NCBI GenBank assembly: GCA_007117575.1
Contig: SKGH01000039.1
Coordinates: 1 to 37,009, forward strand
Direction of reading: 5' to 3'
From: Candidatus Kaiserbacteria bacterium
GTDB taxonomy: Bacteria > Patescibacteriota > Minisyncoccia > Phycocordibacterales > UBA918
Length of the DNA stretch: 37,009 nucleotides
Within the stretch, counting starts at the first letter, position 1, and the number at the start of each line of letters is the position of its first letter. The position numbers and the translations under genes are program-made. Positions 35,132 to 37,009 of this stretch are shown here, piece by piece. Below the pieces are notes generated by a model, which saw only the letters and a program-made list of their open reading frames with translations, was not told the DNA's origin and ran no database searches.

Positions 35132-36241
35132 ATGAATCATCTCGTTTTGGATGGAGTAACTTATATAAAATCAAGCGTGGCTGGGCGAGAACTCGGTTAT
35201 ACTGCTGATTATGTTGGGCAATTATGTCGTGCCAAAAAAGTAGACGCGCAACTGGTAGGGAGAAGTTGGTATGTGTCTATGGATTCACTGCGTGCGCATA
35301 AAGTTAATCGCTATGGTAAATCTACTGAAACTACGTCTACAACTAAGAGTACTGAAGTCAAAAAAACTATTCCGGCAAATTCTTCTTCCACAAAACAGAT
35401 AAGGCAGACTAAACCTGCTAAATTAAACCGTGATCAGTCAATCGCAAGGAGAGACAAAGAGGGTCAACCTAAAGCTTCTAATCAAACCAGCGCCATCTAC
35501 AACTCACTTATAACTGATCGCTATGGTGCCAAATATTCTAGCAATAAAGTCAATCTCTACGAACCGGATTCTGCCGAGTTAATACCGCGTGTAAGGAAGA
35601 TAAAAGTACAAAACGAAAACCAAGAGAGTACTATAAATATTGAAAAACCTATACATGTCGATATTGTCTCTGACAATGTGCGACATACATACAAAACTGT
35701 ATTACCAGAGCCGGTTAAGACGAAGGGTCGTATAAAAGTTACTGAAGTAAGTGACGAAAGTGATTCTGAGGAGGTGATCGACCCAACAAACTTAACTGAG
35801 TCAACCGCCGATAGTCTGGCTGTGTCTGGTTTTGACAAGGTTGAAAAACATTCAAATACTTTAAATATTGAAAACCTTACTCCGGATAGTGTTGATATAA
35901 GTATCCATACTTCCGGTGATAGTGAAGTAGCTCATAAAGAAATTAATCATCGTATTTATTCAGCTGACTCGGAGGCGGAACTTACTCATCCGGATGATAC
36001 TCAGCATAAACAAGTTTTTTCCGGAGTAGAAAGTTTCACCCCCGGTTCAGTGCGTCTTAACTCTGACAATTCCAAGTATAAACGTTTGATGGTTTATGTT
36101 TTTATTATCACCTTGTCTTTATTGGCGTTTGTATTTTTGGTGGCTGGAGAGTTGCACCTTGACGGTACGGACACATCGGTGGTGCGTAGCTTTAGGTTAG
36201 AGTGGGGTAATTTTCATAATTTTTTTGATGTGTTTAGATAG
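35132..36241 (+). CDS. Membrane-tethered protein: N-terminal excisionase/MerR-like HTH, S/T/E-rich linker, single C-terminal TM
   Basis: ORF track start 35123 is TTG. The ATG at 35132 shares the context agtATGaatca with the paralog. HTH: GRELGYTADYVGQLCRAKKVDAQLVGRSWYV. TM: LMVYVFIITLSLLAFVFLVAG. Confidence 0.7.
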   Translation: MNHLVLDGVTYIKSSVAGRELGYTADYVGQLCRAKKVDAQLVGRSWYVSMDSLRAHKVNRYGKSTETTSTTKSTEVKKTIPANSSSTKQIRQTKPAKLNRDQSIARRDKEGQPKASNQTSAIYNSLITDRYGAKYSSNKVNLYEPDSAELIPRVRKIKVQNENQESTINIEKPIHVDIVSDNVRHTYKTVLPEPVKTKGRIKVTEVSDESDSEEVIDPTNLTESTADSLAVSGFDKVEKHSNTLNIENLTPDSVDISIHTSGDSEVAHKEINHRIYSADSEAELTHPDDTQHKQVFSGVESFTPGSVRLNSDNSKYKRLMVYVFIITLSLLAFVFLVAGELHLDGTDTSVVRSFRLEWGNFHNFFDVFR

Positions 36242-36244
36242 TTT

Positions 36245-36370
36245 CAGGACTTACGAGTTTGGATGAAGTTCGAGGCGCTGAGGAGCGAAAACCTGAGGCG
36301 TACTTGGTGGTACGATGAACGGTTTGAGTGACGAAAGCAACAAAGAAATTCGCCAAACGCGTAAGTCATG
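36245..36370 (+). mobile_element. MITE-A, intact copy (126 bp) with 5-bp TSD AGTTT
   Basis: Termini caggacttacgagttt / aaacgcgtaagtcatg. agttt at 36240-36244 (overlapping the upstream TAG stop) and 36371-36375. Confidence 0.85.
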
Positions 36371-36446
36371 AGTTTATTTAGTTTTAAAGATAGTTAATGA
36401 GTAGATTTCTATTATTTATGTTAATCTGTATAAGTTATCATTCAGT

Positions 36447-36893
36447 ATGAATCAATCTACTAAAGAAAAAGAGGAAGAAGTCGGAACTTATGTTCCGGCT
36501 TCTGATGTTGCCAAGACCTACGGATACACCACCGATCATGTCACTCGTTTAATCCGTTCCCGAAAAGTGAAAGCTAAAAAAGTAGGTAGAAGATGGTTTG
36601 TAGAAACGGAAAGTTTTAAGCTGGAGGTAAGTCAGATACAAGAAGTTAAAGAGGAGAGGTTGAGAAAATTAAGTCAGCAAAGAAAGCAAGAGCTATCTAA
36701 AATCAAACCAAACAAAACAGTCACTAAGAAAGGTTTAACGAACAATGGTCATGCTAAACTTAAAAATGCACCGGTGAGCATACCTTCTTGTCGGTCAACT
36801 TTGTACCAAACCATAGCCGTGGTTTTTTGCGGTCTGCTGGTGGGAGTGTTGGCGTTTGCGTTTACTGAGACATATTTATTTATAAAGTCATGA
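36447..36893 (+). CDS. Paralogous HTH-TM protein, C-terminus probably truncated by MITE insertion
   Basis: HTH AKTYGYTTDHVTRLIRSRKVKAKKVGRRWFV; TM IAVVFCGLLVGVLAFAF. The last codon and the TGA stop lie inside the MITE left TIR (element starts at 36889). Confidence 0.65.
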   Translation: MNQSTKEKEEEVGTYVPASDVAKTYGYTTDHVTRLIRSRKVKAKKVGRRWFVETESFKLEVSQIQEVKEERLRKLSQQRKQELSKIKPNKTVTKKGLTNNGHAKLKNAPVSIPSCRSTLYQTIAVVFCGLLVGVLAFAFTETYLFIKS

Positions 36894-37009
36894 CTTACGC
36901 GTTTCTGATGAAATTCGAGGCGCTGACCCAGCCCCGGTTTCCGTGATCATTTATATTCTTTCGTGACTGACTAAAACATTTTTTGGTTTATTACGTTAGA
37001 AACTGTTTG
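36889..37009 (+). mobile_element. Left half of a composite MITE-A + module B copy, running off the window
   Basis: catgacttacgcgtttctgatgaaattcgaggcgctga followed from 36927 by the 83-bp module B left arm. Confidence 0.8.

Noticed and set aside
36889-37009. Idea that the window is a circular replicon because its two ends carry complementary halves of one composite element.
   Set aside because: The ends are inverted copies, not overlapping direct sequence. Joining them does not recreate the expected palindrome beyond a few bases. The gene content (secA, obg, gatB, murB, zwf) is chromosomal. An assembly or window break inside a multi-copy repeat explains it better.

Overview
This is a 37-kb, gene-dense, low-GC chromosomal segment. 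Its gene content suggests an uncultivated Patescibacteria/CPR-like bacterium: an O-antigen-ligase/TPR fusion, a short Obg, an isolated gatB and many small membrane hypotheticals. That lineage call is inference only.

Layout:
- 1-2.3 kb: repeat debris plus two minus-strand membrane/secreted hypotheticals.
- 2.4-14.9 kb: a 13-gene surface-glycan cluster. It holds 3 GT4-like and 2 GT2 glycosyltransferases, one GT10 fucosyltransferase-like gene, two FkbM methyltransferases, three P-loop kinase-like proteins, a Wzx-type flippase and an APH/eukaryotic-like kinase-fold protein.
- 15.05-16.87 kb: a toxin-antitoxin islet with an orphan DinJ/RelB-like antitoxin plus AbiEi/AbiEii. It is bracketed by two near-identical GC-only hairpins.
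- 18.2-22.6 kb: zwf-gnd-pgl (oxidative pentose phosphate branch) plus a yvcK/cofD-family gene.
- 22.7-34.6 kb: another GT-B glycosyltransferase, an O-antigen-ligase-like/TPR membrane protein, murB, a lysine-rich histone-H1-like protein, secA, a holin-IV-family membrane protein, obg and gatB.
- 35.1-36.9 kb: two paralogous proteins with an N-terminal excisionase-like HTH and a C-terminal TM helix.

I could not recognise any rRNA, tRNA, CRISPR array, cas gene, transposase or integrase.

The most unusual signal lies outside the ORFs. A family of about 126-bp MITE-like elements has 16-bp terminal inverted repeats and perfect 5-bp target-site duplications (3 intact copies, at least 3 variant or partial copies). 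Some copies carry a second long-palindrome module at exactly the same central junction. The window starts and ends inside such composite copies, and one copy supplies the stop codon of an HTH gene. Several ORF-track starts are TTG/GTG extensions; I give the ATG starts I consider more likely.
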